This document shows positions 25,820 to 39,711 of a DNA stretch of 64,000 nt, in pieces. The translations under genes and the position numbers were made by a program. The notes under the pieces were generated by a model that had not been told where the DNA came from, did not search any database, and saw only the letters and a program-made list of their open reading frames with translations. Numbering within the stretch: the first letter of the stretch is position 1; every line of letters begins with the position of its first letter. The stretch lies in assembly GCF_009914755.1 (NCBI RefSeq), contig NC_060928.1, one strand, 5' to 3'. This DNA is from the human T2T-CHM13v2.0 reference genome, Homo sapiens.

Positions 25820-27974
25820 CAGTGCTTGTTGGTGTAGCAATCATTTGATTAAAGTTGGGAATAACACAACTAAGTTAAAGCAAGGGACAGTGTTGGAAAA
25901 ATAAGTTTGAATATTAGAGTTTGCTGCCCTAAAACTTTTTACCTATTCCTGTCATGGAGAAAAATTTTGTTGGCCAGGCCCTTCTGCAGGTTTCTGTTTC
26001 TTTCCAAGTATCTCGAATTCCTCTCCTAATTCCCATATATCTCCTCTTTCCCAGCCCTTTGAAGACTCTCATTCTTCCCACTTCCATCATCTATAGAGCT
26101 GTTGTGAATAACATCAAATTTCCAGAGATGTGGTTATAACTTTCAGACCATCACCAAGGGGAGGGACAACACTTTCTAATACCAAAAACCACCAATATTG
26201 TGTTTGTCTTAATAGAAGAGAATTTATCCTTTCTAATAGGAATTTTACCTTTCTCCAAGATCAATAGACTCATATCACTGCTTTATTTTCAAAATAATAT
26301 ATTTTTCCTCCTTTTATTCATCCACCCATTCATTCCATAAAAAGTTATACAGTTCCTACTATATAACCCACTATATTAGGCTTTGAGAAATATAAAAATT
26401 GAGGTAAATAAATAGCAAAATCAAATAGTATCAGATCAGTTACTAATTTTTCTTATATCTACAATGGTTAAGAATATCTCAATGAATGGCTCAATTAATT
26501 TTGAGTCTTCATATTTCGGATAATGACAAATTGGAGATGGGTTATTTGACTTTAACTGATTCATTTTTAAAGTAATGAATCTTTTGCCTTTAACTAACTA
26601 CTTTTAAACCTCTTAGATGCCAGGGATAACATTAACAAATCTGAAATATATTATCCCTTCATAACATATGCTCATGTCTAGTAGAGGACACAAACCTATT
26701 TTCTCAGATTAGGTCTGTCAGAACAATAAAGCTTTCTGGCCATGTTCTTCTGTTTTATGGGGAACTTTATTATAGACTCAATTCACGTGAATTATTTTCA
26801 AATGTTTTGATACTGGTTCCAAACAACCTTCAGAGAGTAGGTACCTGGTAAAAAACCTGAATAACAAATATAATATGCAATAGTTAACGAGTATTTCTTC
26901 CTGAAGGTGTAACAGTGGGCTTTTGTTTGTTTGTTTCCTTTGATAAATGTATCATTCCAAATGTGCCTTTGTGATCATAACAACCTAAATTGCTTCTTTA
27001 GTGGGACAACATAATGACTCTCATTGGTATGGGTGTGTGTGTGTGGTTAGTCATGACCCAAGTGAGGGAAATGTGGTGGGTTGTCAGCTGAGTCAGAGCA
27101 AACCCCACAGCCGAGGGAAATTATACTTTATCATAATGATATCTGAACTGAAATGTCCAAGTGTTCATGCCAAGTGGAGTGAATCATTGCTTGGGCAGTG
27201 CATTCAGAAGTTCCTAAACACCCATTCCTAAGTGGAATACCAAACCTCCCTCATTTCCAGAAATTGTCCATTCTAATGTCATTCTATTATCTTCCATTTC
27301 TTTCTATCACATGTCAGGTTAATCTCCTCACAGAAGGTGTTCTCCCTTCTGGAATGATTTCATATATTGTTGTTCCAAAGAGAGTGGAAGAAAGAAAAGC
27401 ATTTGAATGTAAAATTCTACTTTGGAAATGATTGCTAGAGGGAAAATGGTAGGTAACAGCAAAAAGGAAGCCTTGGCTCAGGCCCCTTAGAGCAATAACT
27501 CTTTCTGACTCATTTTCCCTGATAGGCTTTCCCTCAAAATGAAATCAAGACTAGTTCATCTCTAAGTTTAGCAACCCTCCAAGTTCCAATGTGCTTCATT
27601 TTGGGATTTTTGGAGCAGAGCTGGCCTTAGCAAACTGTGATGCAGGTAAAATTTGACTTGGGGTGGGTTCATCTCAATATCCTTGGTTTCCTCACTATCC
27701 CTTCCTCCTTTGACATCTATTTCCTAAAGCCTTCAAGAGCTGAAATAAATTTAATGGTAGATTTTTCAGACACCTCAGTATTTTATGTTAGGGGCCTTCC
27801 AAGAACCAGGCAAAACATATCTGTGAGAACAGAGTTGTCACTACACAAAGGATGGCCACATTTGGAAGAGCTACGCAATGTCTTCACAATATTTTTCTAC
27901 TCCATCAACTTATTTTTCTTCAATCTATATTTCCCTTATTAGTGATTATCTAAGTTAAGCATGAAAAATCTAAC

Positions 27975-28200
27975 TTTTTTTAAGTGAGTACCAACCATGT
28001 CCCAGATACAATGTTTTCTACATGTAATACTCATTTAATCTCTAAAACAACCCTGCAAGTCTAGTGTTATTATGACTATTTTGTAAATAGGGACATTAAA
28101 ATTCAGATAAATTAATTTTGCTCAAGGAGCTAGGCAGTGTTTTTCCTAACTTAAACCCATGTCTTTCTGACTCCAAAGCTATGCTTTCTTCTATACATCA
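27975..28200 (-). mobile_element. MIR
   Basis: CTCATTTAATCTCTAAAACAACCCTG...TCTGACTCCAAAGC. Confidence 0.7.
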
Positions 28201-28211
28201 CTTCACCACTA

Positions 28212-28617
28212 TGATAGGCTGAATTGTGTGCCTCCTGCTCAAGATTCCTAAGTTGAAATCCTAACACCCAGCACCTTAGAATGGGAGCTTATTTGGAAAT
28301 AGGGTCTTCACAGGGGTAATCAAGCTAAAATGAGCTAATCCAGTATGACTGGTATCCTTATAAAAAGGGTTAATTTGAACACAGAGACACACATAGAGAG
28401 CAGATGAATGAAGAGACTTAGTGAGAAGACAGCCCCCTACAAGCCAAGGAGAGAGGCCTGGAACAGATTCTTTCCTCACAGCCCTCACAAGGAACCAACT
28501 CTGAGGATGCCATGATTCCAAACTTTTAGCCTCCAGAACTGTGAGTGATACACTGCAGTTGTTCAGACCACCCAGCTTGCACTACTTTGTCACACCAGCC
28601 CTGGCCAAGTCATGTAA
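28212..28617 (+). mobile_element. MLT1B-like solo LTR
   Basis: GGCTGAATTGTGTGCC...TTATTTGGAAATAGGGTCTT...CAAGCCAAGGAGAGAGGCCTGGAACAGATTC...GCCTCCAGAACTGTGAG. Confidence 0.85.
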
Positions 28618-29237
28618 CCCCTCGCCCAGGTCTGGAGACTCTTCACAACAGACAAGAAGGATCCATAAGGTGCATGTTACTGTGAGCATCACCAGAACAC
28701 AAATCATTTTCTCTTCGTATTTACTTAGGACACTTAAAACCTGATTTGGTATTTCTTATACCCTACAACTCATTTTTATTCCACCAGTGCCTTTTGTATC
28801 CATCAACTGCAAGTCTTTCCTCCCGTTAAACCTACCTCTTTCAATCACATCTCCTTAAGTCTTATTTTACTATAGAAAAAGAGTGCTAAGAGCAGAAGTC
28901 AAACAAAACCCTACTATTCTATTTTGGGGGAAATTCCCACCAAAGTCCTCACTTTAAATTATGATAGTAAATTTCATCACTGTAAAACCAAACTCAAAGA
29001 CAGAGAATTGTGGCCTATTGGGAGAAAGAAAAGAAGAAGAAAATAAACAAGGCTTTTGAATTACACAGTCTTCAGTCAGAAACTGAGTTTGCCACCTTCT
29101 GACTTGGGACCTTAGGCCTATGATTCAAGCGTCCTGAATCTCTGCCATACTCACAGTCCTTTTCTTATTCATAAAATAAGCCTAGGACCTCCTTCACTAC
29201 ATAAAGGAAGTTAAATGTACATTCAATATCTAGTCAA

Positions 29238-29268
29238 TAGGTAGGTAGGTAGATAGACAGGTAGAATG

Positions 29269-29335
<67 letters not shown>

Positions 29336-29364
29336 GATAGAGACAGATGGGTGGATGGATGGAT

Positions 29365-29416
<52 letters not shown>

Positions 29417-29442
29417 GATAGAGACAGATGGGTGGATGGATG

Positions 29443-29488
<46 letters not shown>

Positions 29489-29513
29489 GAAAAATGATAG
29501 ATTAGATAGATAC

Positions 29514-29551
<38 letters not shown>
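29238..29551. repeat. Compound (GATA)n tetranucleotide microsatellite
   Basis: (GATA)16, (GATA)11, (GATA)11 and (GATA)8 blocks separated by GGAT/GAGA-containing interruptions. Confidence 0.98.
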
Positions 29552-31083
29552 CTCCAGTATTTCCTTTCTTTTTCCATTATCCCCTTATCCCAATTAGTGT
29601 TCATTCTGTCTGCAAAAGTCTGTCTTCTAAATAACATGGATCTTGATGGATTAACATGCTTTTTATTTTTCCCCTGAGTGAAGAGATGAAATAGCAGTCA
29701 TGATGTATAACAGCAATGCAGTTGAATTATTTGGGAATATTTTGCTCCCAGGAGAGGCTGTCTCAGAAGATACTATAAGTGCAATATTCAAGATGAATTT
29801 TACCATAAGTCAGAAACCATTAATCTAACATGATTCCTCCCTGCTGTACCTCATTCCTACATCTACTTATTGATTAAATGGGGAAAAAAAGATTGTATTG
29901 TACTTGTTCAACAAAACAGAATCATGATAAATGCTGCTGAGTTAACAAGTTCCCAGTGGTATCACAGCAAGCTGGGCATGAAAAATAAGAAATAGGAGAA
30001 TGCTATCAGTTAAGGCCTTGAGATAAACTTCATTTGGGGCACTTCATTGTCTTTGGTCACCCAGCTGTGTTTTTAAAAGGTCTGTAACAGCAGGATAATA
30101 AATTTCACAATTCTACCACTAGCAAAAGACAATACCATAAAATCTATCTTCCCTGGAGAGTGTGATATTCCAAAACATGGTTTGGAATACTATTTTGGTG
30201 AAATAGATTGTGTCTGAGTGTTGAATCATGATTAATAAAAAGACATTTAACTCCTGTGGGACCTTCCTATCTGATTAACTGTGTTTGTGTTTTGAGGCAT
30301 AAAAATTCTGCAAAATGGAAGATTTTGGTTGGAGAGCATGCAAGAGCTAGGAGATTCTCTTGATTATTTCATGGATTTGACTCAATGGACAGCATTATCA
30401 TTTCAATTTCTTTTGAAATGAGAATAACATTTGCTGTCTTGGCATCGGACTCAAACATCAATGACTATGACCCTTACAAGAAGATTTGGGTACTAAATAT
30501 TCAAATTTCATGTTTTTATGACAGATATGTTTCTAAAGATAACAATCCCTTCTCCACATGACTAGAAAAGTGAGAAGTCTTTCTTCACAGACTTTCCTTC
30601 CTCCCCTGAACTTTCTTAGGTCTTAGGTCTTTCTTTAATCTAATTTCTTAAAGAGGCTGCCTGCTTTAAAATGCCTTTACTGCAGGAAAACTGGGTAACA
30701 TGAGTCCATTCAAAGGCCCCATTTGGTACTGCCATCTCTTGCTTTGCTGTGATGAGGCTACTGAAAATCTATATAACCTAGTGCTGTATGTCTCTACTGT
30801 TGCAATGGGGCCTGGTAGTAGTATCTCAAGGCTTAGTGGGAGAGGAAAGAAAGTCGCTTCTCCTCAGAGTTAAGTTCAGTCTCCATCTTGAGCCAGAATA
30901 TCTCATGTTATATTTCTCTAATTCCTGCTCTACAAGAGATCCCTGTGGGGGCTCCTGAGTCTTCTTGAAAGAAGATAGTCCATTCTTTCAGCACTCTTTT
31001 ACTCAGCCAAGGTTGTTCAATGGGCTTCCCAAGGTTCATGATTTAAGTTGCAATCATGCATTTAATCATTTTTCATTTAACAT

Positions 31084-31436
31084 TGTCTTCATCATTGCAG
31101 GCTGCTGTACCAAAATGCTATAGAGTATGTGGCTTGTAAACAACAAAAATTTATTCCTTAGAGCTTAGAAGCATGGAAGTGTGAGATGATCAGGGTGCCA
31201 GCATGATTGGGTTCTGATGAGGGCTCTCTTCCAGGTTAAACTGCCAATGCTTCACCGCGTGCTCACATGGTGGAAAGAGGGTGAAGATCAATCAACCTGG
31301 AGTCCCTTTCATAAAGACAATAGTATCATTCCTGAGAGCTCCACCCTTGTGATTTCATAATCTGCCAAAGGCCTCACCTTCTAATAAAATTGAGGTTTAA
31401 GTACTTTGGGGGCAGACAAATGTTTAGTCTATTGCG
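31084..31436 (-). mobile_element. MLT1A/MSTD-like solo LTR
   Basis: GGCTGCTGTACCAAAATGCTATAG...AAACAACAAAAATTTATT...GGTGCCAGCATG...GGTTCTGATGAGGGCTCTCTTCC. Confidence 0.75.
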
Positions 31437-31714
31437 AGCACCAACCATAAGTAAATCTCTGTTTCGGCTGTTGAGAACCATTCATAAACAGGACAATCAG
31501 TTTGTGCTCCTGGAGTTTATTTTATGCCAAAGCATTCTGCTCAACAGAGGATAACTATCTGGGAAGGGCATTCTGTTTCATCCACAAGCTGAGCTAAAAC
31601 CAACTCCTAACCCAATTCCCAACAACTTAAGCCCAGGCTTTGATGGAAAGCAGCCAGTTTAGGTTTTTTTCCTTCTTGCAAGACGAGCTTCCTTCAGTGT
31701 CTTTTCTGCTAGTA

Positions 31715-31900
31715 AACTCCATTAATGGCTAGACTGCCTGGCTTCAAATTCTAAGGCCATGCCTATCAGCACTTTGGCTTTGGACAAATTACTTAAATTC
31801 TTTGTGCCTCAGTTTCCTCATCTACAAAATGGGGATAATATAATAGTGCCTAACTCAGAGTTCTTATGACAGTGCTTGTTCCATAGGAAGTTGGAACATA
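31715..31900 (+). mobile_element. MIR
   Basis: MIR core TGTGCCTCAGTTTCCTCATCTACAAAATGGGGATAAT. Confidence 0.8.
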
Positions 31901-31934
31901 GGATTATTTTAAATAAAATAAAAAGTGAAGCTCT

Positions 31935-32150
31935 CTGTGTTAGTCATTATGTTTTCACCATTCTTTTAAATACTTCACATGTATTCAATAATTCAATTTT
32001 CAAAATACCCTATAAGGTAAATTCCTCTACAAGAGATGAGGATACAGGCCTAGAAACTTTAAATAGCATGCAAAGGTTATGCAGTTGTTAGGTTCACAAG
32101 CTTGTGAGATTGTGATCCCTGGATTCAAATGAAGGCATTCTGGGTTTAAT
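31935..32150 (-). mobile_element. MIR
   Basis: AATACCCTATAAGGTA...AGATGAGGATACAGGCCTAGA...GGATTCAAA. Confidence 0.6.
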
Positions 32151-32362
32151 AGCAGAGTTTCTCAAAACATGAAGTTTTTGAGAGAAAAGCTTTTAGGTAC
32201 TTGACATTCTTTTTTCTGAAGTTAACTGGGCTCCTATGCATATTTTCCAGGCAGTCAAGACACAAATACATGGTAGATCTTTTCCAATGCAGCCTGCTGA
32301 TGACTTCTATTGGCAGTTTCTATCACTGAACAAGGCTTCAGGTTCCACTTCTTCAGACAGTC

Positions 32363-32991
32363 TTTGGCAGGCAGAATTCTAATATGCTCCCCAAGATTGT
32401 CATGCCCTGGTGTACGCATAATCCTCTCTGTGTTCTATGATTGTAATCAGGACTTGTGAATATGATAGGACATCTCTTCCATGATGATATGTTATACAGC
32501 AGAAAGGATTTTGCAGATGTAATTAATTAAAATCCCTAATCAATTGACTTTGAGATAATCAAAAAAGAGATTATCCTTAGGAGATTCGACTTAATCAGCT
32601 GAGTCTTTAAAAGAGGTCAGTTATGCAAAGTGAGAGAAATTCTCCCCCTGGCCTTAAAGGAGCACACTGCCACATGGTAGAGAGGGCAATGCAGTTGAGA
32701 ATAGCTGGTGGGTTTCAAAATCTGAGAACGGCCCCTAGTTAATATATGGTAAAACAGTGAAAACCACACTTATACAGCCATGAAGAACTCCATTTTGCCA
32801 GCAACAAAAGAGCTTGGAAGAAGACCCTCAATCTCAGATAAGAATGTAGTCTTTGGAGACACTGAGCAGAGAAACCAGTTGAGTACTGCTCAGAATTCTG
32901 ACCTACAGAACTGTGAGATAAGAAATGGACATTGTTATCACCTGCTGTTTTTGTAGTAATTAGTTATGCAGCAATAGAAAATGAATGTACA
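32363..32991 (+). mobile_element. MLT1E-like solo LTR
   Basis: TGGCAGGCAGAATTCTAA start; GGATTTTGCAGATGTAATTAA; TTCTGACCTACAGAACTGTGAGATAA; GTTATGCAGCAATAGAAAA end. Confidence 0.8.
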
Positions 32992-32993
32992 CC

Positions 32994-33337
<344 letters not shown>

Positions 33338-33974
33338 TCACATAGATAAGAGAGATTCATCGTGATAAGTCAATTGCATGGAAGGTTTTTCCAAGCTAGA
33401 CAGTAACATAGCTATCACTTGATCCGATGTTTTTATTATTCAAATGAAAAAGCTAAAAACTAGATGGAGAAAGTTATTTACAAACAGAACACTAGTATCC
33501 AAGTGGCTCACATCCAATTTCATTCTGTCTCATGTCTACTGTAGAACATGCCAAGCATAAAACTGAGATCTCAATCCAGGAGCTTTCATTTCTCCATCCA
33601 TGTTCTACTCCATGGAACCTGAGCTGTTTTCCTGCTGAATTGCTACCAGTGCTGAAAAAATGTACATCTGCCCAAAGAAAGATGTGGAAAAAGCTATATG
33701 GATAGATCAGTCTGCTGGCTTAATGACTTCCTGTGTTAAAAGGTGCCATTTGTTCAAGCCACAGGATGGACAGGCAATAGTTAATTTTTATATGTGAATT
33801 GGATTTAGATCGTACTCTGGAACACATGCAGTTAACATCCCCAGGCCATCTGTAGGTTGGGCAGAGCAAAAGCTAAAAAGTTGCAGCATATAAAGTATGC
33901 TTTCTAATACCTTGGCTTTTGAATAAAGATCAATATTACTCCCAGCCCCCATTTTATGTGAAGAGGCTCATACT

Positions 33975-34200
33975 GCAGTGTTTATTGGCATAGGCTCTCG
34001 AGTCACAGACCTCAGTTTGAGTCCTAGGTTTGAATATCACCTTCTAGGCATATTATCTTAACTCATATGTCTCAGTTTTCTCATCTGTAAAATCAAGATA
34101 ATGATTGTAACTATCTCATTAGGTTTTGCGTACATTAACTGACTTAATGTGCGTCCTTAGGACAATGTCTAAAACAAGGTCCATACTTATAAATGTTAGC
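33975..34200 (+). mobile_element. MIR
   Basis: CTCAGTTTTCTCATCTGTAAAAT core. Confidence 0.75.
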
Positions 34201-35657
34201 CAGGATTTCTTATGTTTCAGACCCTAAATACTTGATTTGAAAAACAAATATTTAGGCGCATCAATTTGCCAGGTGTTGCTGTTGTGATTTTGGCTTATAA
34301 ACTCAAACATGCATTTCCTTCAGTTACATTCTATTTTAAATGTAAAAAGATGCATGGTGCTTCACAAGTGCCAATGCTGCTTAATTAAGGAAAAAAAATT
34401 GTGCTGGAGTAAAGCAAGTCAGTGATTTCAGATGGCACTCAAAGGAGATTAATAGACAATTTTATACCAACGTTTTTTGACATGTTATTTTTCTTGCTAA
34501 AGAGCATCAGTGCGTTGCTCTATGTTTTATTAAAAGGTGGGGGGAAGGTGATGCCAAGATGGTCAGCACAGGAATCACTCATCATTTTCCCCAAAGCTGT
34601 GTGTTCTAGAAGTTCTCTGAAATTAAACTGATGATTCTTCACTCTCTGGAAACACAAAGATCTATCTTTATGTACTAAATGAATATGCGATTGCTCCTAG
34701 GCAGGGGATAGTGTGTTCATGGAGCTACAAGACTATATTCAAAATATTCAACCTACAAGATAGAACAAGTGTTCCTGTAAAGACTTGCCAGCGCCTGCTG
34801 GTAAAATATCAGCCTGTCAATAGTGCAAAAACTCCACTTAAATCCGAACTCAACTTTGCCACTAGAGTTTGATGGGGGATTGGGGTTAGATTTATGCTAA
34901 AGTATAGAAAACTATCCACAAACACATGGGCTGGGATGCAGAATGAGGGATGGGGATGCATTTCCCAAGACAAGAGATTCTGACAAGAAATATCATAAAT
35001 GGCTACTATGAAGGAGTTGGTTAAATTCCACATTTGACATTTGAATGATCGTATAAATGGTTCTAAATTCTTCTGCATGTTGGGAAGTACCCATGAGCCC
35101 ATTTCCAGATACTAATAAATATATCCATTCTGCATCTGAGCCGTGATAAAACATGAAAGTCAGATGAGATTAAGTAATCAGAGTCTATCACATACAAAGA
35201 ACCACTGGCTCTCTGCTATTATCATGGGTAATTTCCTACTCTGTGGGTAGCAAATGACACAGAGGAAATGTCACTGTGCTATTGACAAAGGAAACCATGC
35301 CTGCTTGGAATCCAGCCTTTCAATTATCCAATGACATTCTGCCTTTTCTGATATGAGCATATGTATATTACCTACCCAGAATGAGGTGTTCAGTAACTTA
35401 GGTTTGGAATGAGCCCAAGTTACTTGTGAGCTTCTGTTAAGCTTTATGTGTGCACTAATAGGCAGAAAATAAAGGCAATGTGTCCATATTAATTTGACTA
35501 TTGCCAAATTTCTGGCTATGACTCAATGGGATTCCCCTGGGTCTGAAAGGTACAGTAGTTAAAACTAGATTGCAGTTGCTATAAAAATACTACAGGAGTT
35601 AAAAGGAAAAATATTAGATACTATCTCAACATTTATTTCTTAAGAATGAATGAAATG

Positions 35658-35950
35658 GGCTGGACGCGGTGGCTCTTGCCTGTAATCCCAGCATTTTGGG
35701 AAGCTGAGGCGGGTGGATCACCAGAGGTCGGGAGTTCGAGACCAGCCCGACTAACATGGAGAAACCCCGTCTCTACTAAAAATACAGAATTAGCTGGGCA
35801 TGGTCGCGCATGCCTGTAATCCCAGCTACTCAGGAGGCTGAGGCAGGAGAATCGCTTGAACCGGGAGGCGGAGGTTGTGATGAGCTGAGATCATACCATT
35901 GTGCCCCAGCCTGGGTGACAGAGCCAGACTCTGTCTCAAAAAAAAAAAAA
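35658..35950 (+). mobile_element. AluSp-like Alu
   Basis: GTCGGGAGTTCGAGACC and AACATGGAGAAACCCC (Sp diagnostics); A tail; flanks share AATGAATG. Confidence 0.92.
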
Positions 35951-36579
35951 TTAATGAATGGCTTCCTCAAATATTCAAACCAATCTTGAGACAAAGACAA
36001 AAACAAAACAAAACAAAAAAACTTTTAGTTAATATGATGAAAAGTCTTAGTTAACATGATGAAAATTTTATGATACAAAGATTATGTGCTCCTAACTCAG
36101 GCAGGAACCTAACTTAGGCTCCTAACTCATGGCTATATGTTAAAAATAAACTCAAAACTAGACAGTTCTAATCTTCGGTCTTGTAGATACATTTAAAAAT
36201 CTGGCCTCCATATAATGGTTTTTATAAAGAAGCTGCTTTATATGAATTTATAAGTATCAGTTTATGGGAAGTCATTCCTAAAAGAAAAAAAAATAAGTAA
36301 AGCCTTGCCCACAGACTGAAGGAAATATCATCGGGGTTCTGAATGAACGATCTGGCAAAACCCAGAGGAACAATGGAAACGTTTGCTGTTCCATTCTAAT
36401 CAAACAGCATCAAAGCGGATCTTCATCTTACATCTCAGAGTTTCAGAACTCTTACTTATTTGCCCACATTAGAATGTAAGGTCTGTGGAGAGAAACTGTC
36501 AATCTTATTTATTGATAATATCCCTGGTGCTTAAAATAGGACCTGGCATTATTATAGTAAATGCTCAATAAAACAATGA

Positions 36580-36810
36580 ACCTCACTTTGTACTAGGCAC
36601 TTTTAAAGGCAATTTCCATGTCTTAACTCATTTAATCCTTTCAACCACCCACTGTGTAGACATTGGTCTTATTCTCATTTTATGGGCATGGAAACTGACT
36701 TACAGACAGTTTCAATAATGCATCCAACATAATGCATTAGCAAGTAAAAGAAGCCGGGATTTGAATCCAGCTTTGCAGGACCCAGAGATTCCTCTGTGAC
36801 CACTGCATTC
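36580..36810 (-). mobile_element. MIR
   Basis: AACTCATTTAATCCTTTCAAC...GGAAACTGA...GCCGGGATTTGAATCCAG. Confidence 0.75.
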
Positions 36811-37214
36811 TGATTGAATAAATAGAGAAAAATGACTTGTGGAAAAGATGGGCACTTGAAATAATTTTATATAGAATCTGGACAAAAAAAATAACCTCAG
36901 TTGTTTTGACTTTCTATAAAATGGAAGAAACAGGGCAGAGAGCACCAATGTTTATCATCAGTATCATCAAAATCACTCCAGTGCTCTAATAGCTCTTCCA
37001 GTCCTGACAGCAAGCTAAATACTTAATTCCCTAATATCTCTCATTGCATCTAATGGATTCTTAGTCATGTGCTGCAGAACAGAAACAATATTGAACCCAG
37101 GAACCAGGAGATAATAACTACCATTTAATAAACATGCACATACTCCATGCTAGCCTTGGGATAGATGCTTTCTATACTACCTCATTTAATCTTCCCAAAA
37201 ACTCTATGAGATTG

Positions 37215-37965
<751 letters not shown>

Positions 37966-38243
37966 TTATTATTCAGCCTATCCAGGCTTTCTCAAGGCTG
38001 TTGTAAGAAAAATGTATGTAAAATGACTGGTCATTTCCATTAGAAATTTGTGATGTCTCCCCAACTTTACAACACCCCATTCCACAATATTCTACAAAAG
38101 AAAACTAATGCAATGGACAAAAATACAAAACTTAAATAAAATATACAATTAAATTGGACTTTTGTTGATTTTCTCATTGAATCATTTTGGGTACATTTAC
38201 TAAAGCTGGACTTAGCCCCATTTTTTTAGGCCCCACTGCTCAT

Positions 38244-38611
38244 CGTCAGCTCTGGCTGCTATAACAAAATACTAGGTATCTTAAACAACAGACATTTATT
38301 TCTCACAGTTCTGGAGGCTGGGAAGTCCAAGATCAAGGTGCTGGCAGATTCGCAGATTCAGTTATTAGTGTGGACTATTCCTGGCTTGCAGACAATGCCT
38401 ATTCACTGTGTTCTTATGTGGCTATGGCAGAGAGAGGAAGTGCTAGTGTCCATTCCTTTTTCTATAAAGACACTAATCCCATCACAGGGGACTCACTCTC
38501 ATCTAAAACTAATTGCTTCCCTAAGGCCTCACCTGCTAATACCATTGCATCAGGGTTTAGGGCTTCAATATATGAATCTGGGGAAGGAATACAAACATTT
38601 AGTCCCTAACA
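38244..38611 (-). mobile_element. MLT1A0-like solo LTR
   Basis: GGCTGCTATAACAAAATAC...CATTTATTTCTCACAGTTCTGGAGGCTGGGAAGTCCAAGATCAAGG...CAAACATTTAGTCCCTAACA. Confidence 0.85.
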
Positions 38612-38926
38612 TCACTTTTGCTGATGCTCCGAACTCAGGCCTAATTTGCCTATTTGATAATCCTACACATGGAGATGGTGTTATAAACTGAAGTACTATG
38701 TAAAGGTAAAGGATGATCTTTGGTTTGGTTGTTAGTATTACTCTACACAGAGTTGATTTTTCTTCTCAACTAGCTCCTAACTGCTCAAGAGCTCCTTATA
38801 ATTGCATCCTCCTAGCTCTGTGCTTAAAAATCCCCTGCCCAGGAAAGCTGTCCATGATTCACTAAGACTGGATTAGTCATCCCTCTGGCATGCTCCCATA
38901 GTGGTCTCTCCTTCTCCCTGTCATAG

Positions 38927-39711
38927 TGATATGGACAGGAGTCAGGGAAATATTGGTTAGAAGAGGGTGGTTCTCTGGCAAAGGCCCCAACCTCAAGCCT
39001 GAAGACCTGTGGCCCTAAAGGAGGACAGGCATTTCTGGTTTTGCACCCAAAAAGTTGCCTTTTGGCTCACCCCACCACCTCTCCCGCCCCCATATAAACC
39101 CTTAGCAGGCACACACACAAGCAGCTGAACATCAGGACCAGCAGACCAGCAACAGTGTAACAATGAGGCAGAGAAAGAGAAAAGAGGAGGGATGTCTGGA
39201 CACGGAGGGGAGTTTGGCCAGGGGTGGTTGGAGAAAAGCCGAACTCCAGGGGAAGACCACCTTCCCACTCCATCCCCCCTTCTGGCTTCCCATTCATCTC
39301 ACTGAGAGCCACCTCTACCACTCAATAAAATCTTGCACTCATCCTTCAAGCCTGCATGTGATCCGATTCTTTCAGGACACTGTGCAAGAGCTCAGGATAC
39401 AGAAGACTGTCACACTGGCCCTCTTCCATTTCAATAAGGCAGAGGGTCCATTGAACTGATTAACACACAAGCCGTCTACAGATAGCAAATCTGAAAGAGC
39501 TTTGTAATACATGCCCACCTGGGCTTCAGGAGTTGCAAACACCCACCCCTAGATGCTCCATGGGGCTGGAGCCCAAAAGCACTCACCTCAGCCTCTGCAC
39601 CTGCCCGTCTGCATGCTCCCACTAGGGGTTTGAGCTGTGGGGCAACCAAGCAGGTAAGTCATACCCCTGTTGCAGGTCCTGTGAGGGGAATCAGGGAATT
39701 CTCCCATTTCA
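38927..39711 (+). mobile_element. ERV1-class solo LTR, LTR1-family-like
   Basis: TG...CA, 785 bp; TGATATGGACAGGAGTCAGGGAAATA start; TATA-like CATATAAA near 39091; AATAAA near 39324; perfect 4-bp TSD ATAG. Confidence 0.85.

Noticed and set aside
29238-29551. Repeat-spacer pattern resembling a CRISPR array
   Set aside because: The spacers are identical low-complexity sequence, the context is primate, and there are no cas genes.
29230-29637. ORFs with YLSI repeats
   Set aside because: These are translations of the (TATC)n microsatellite.
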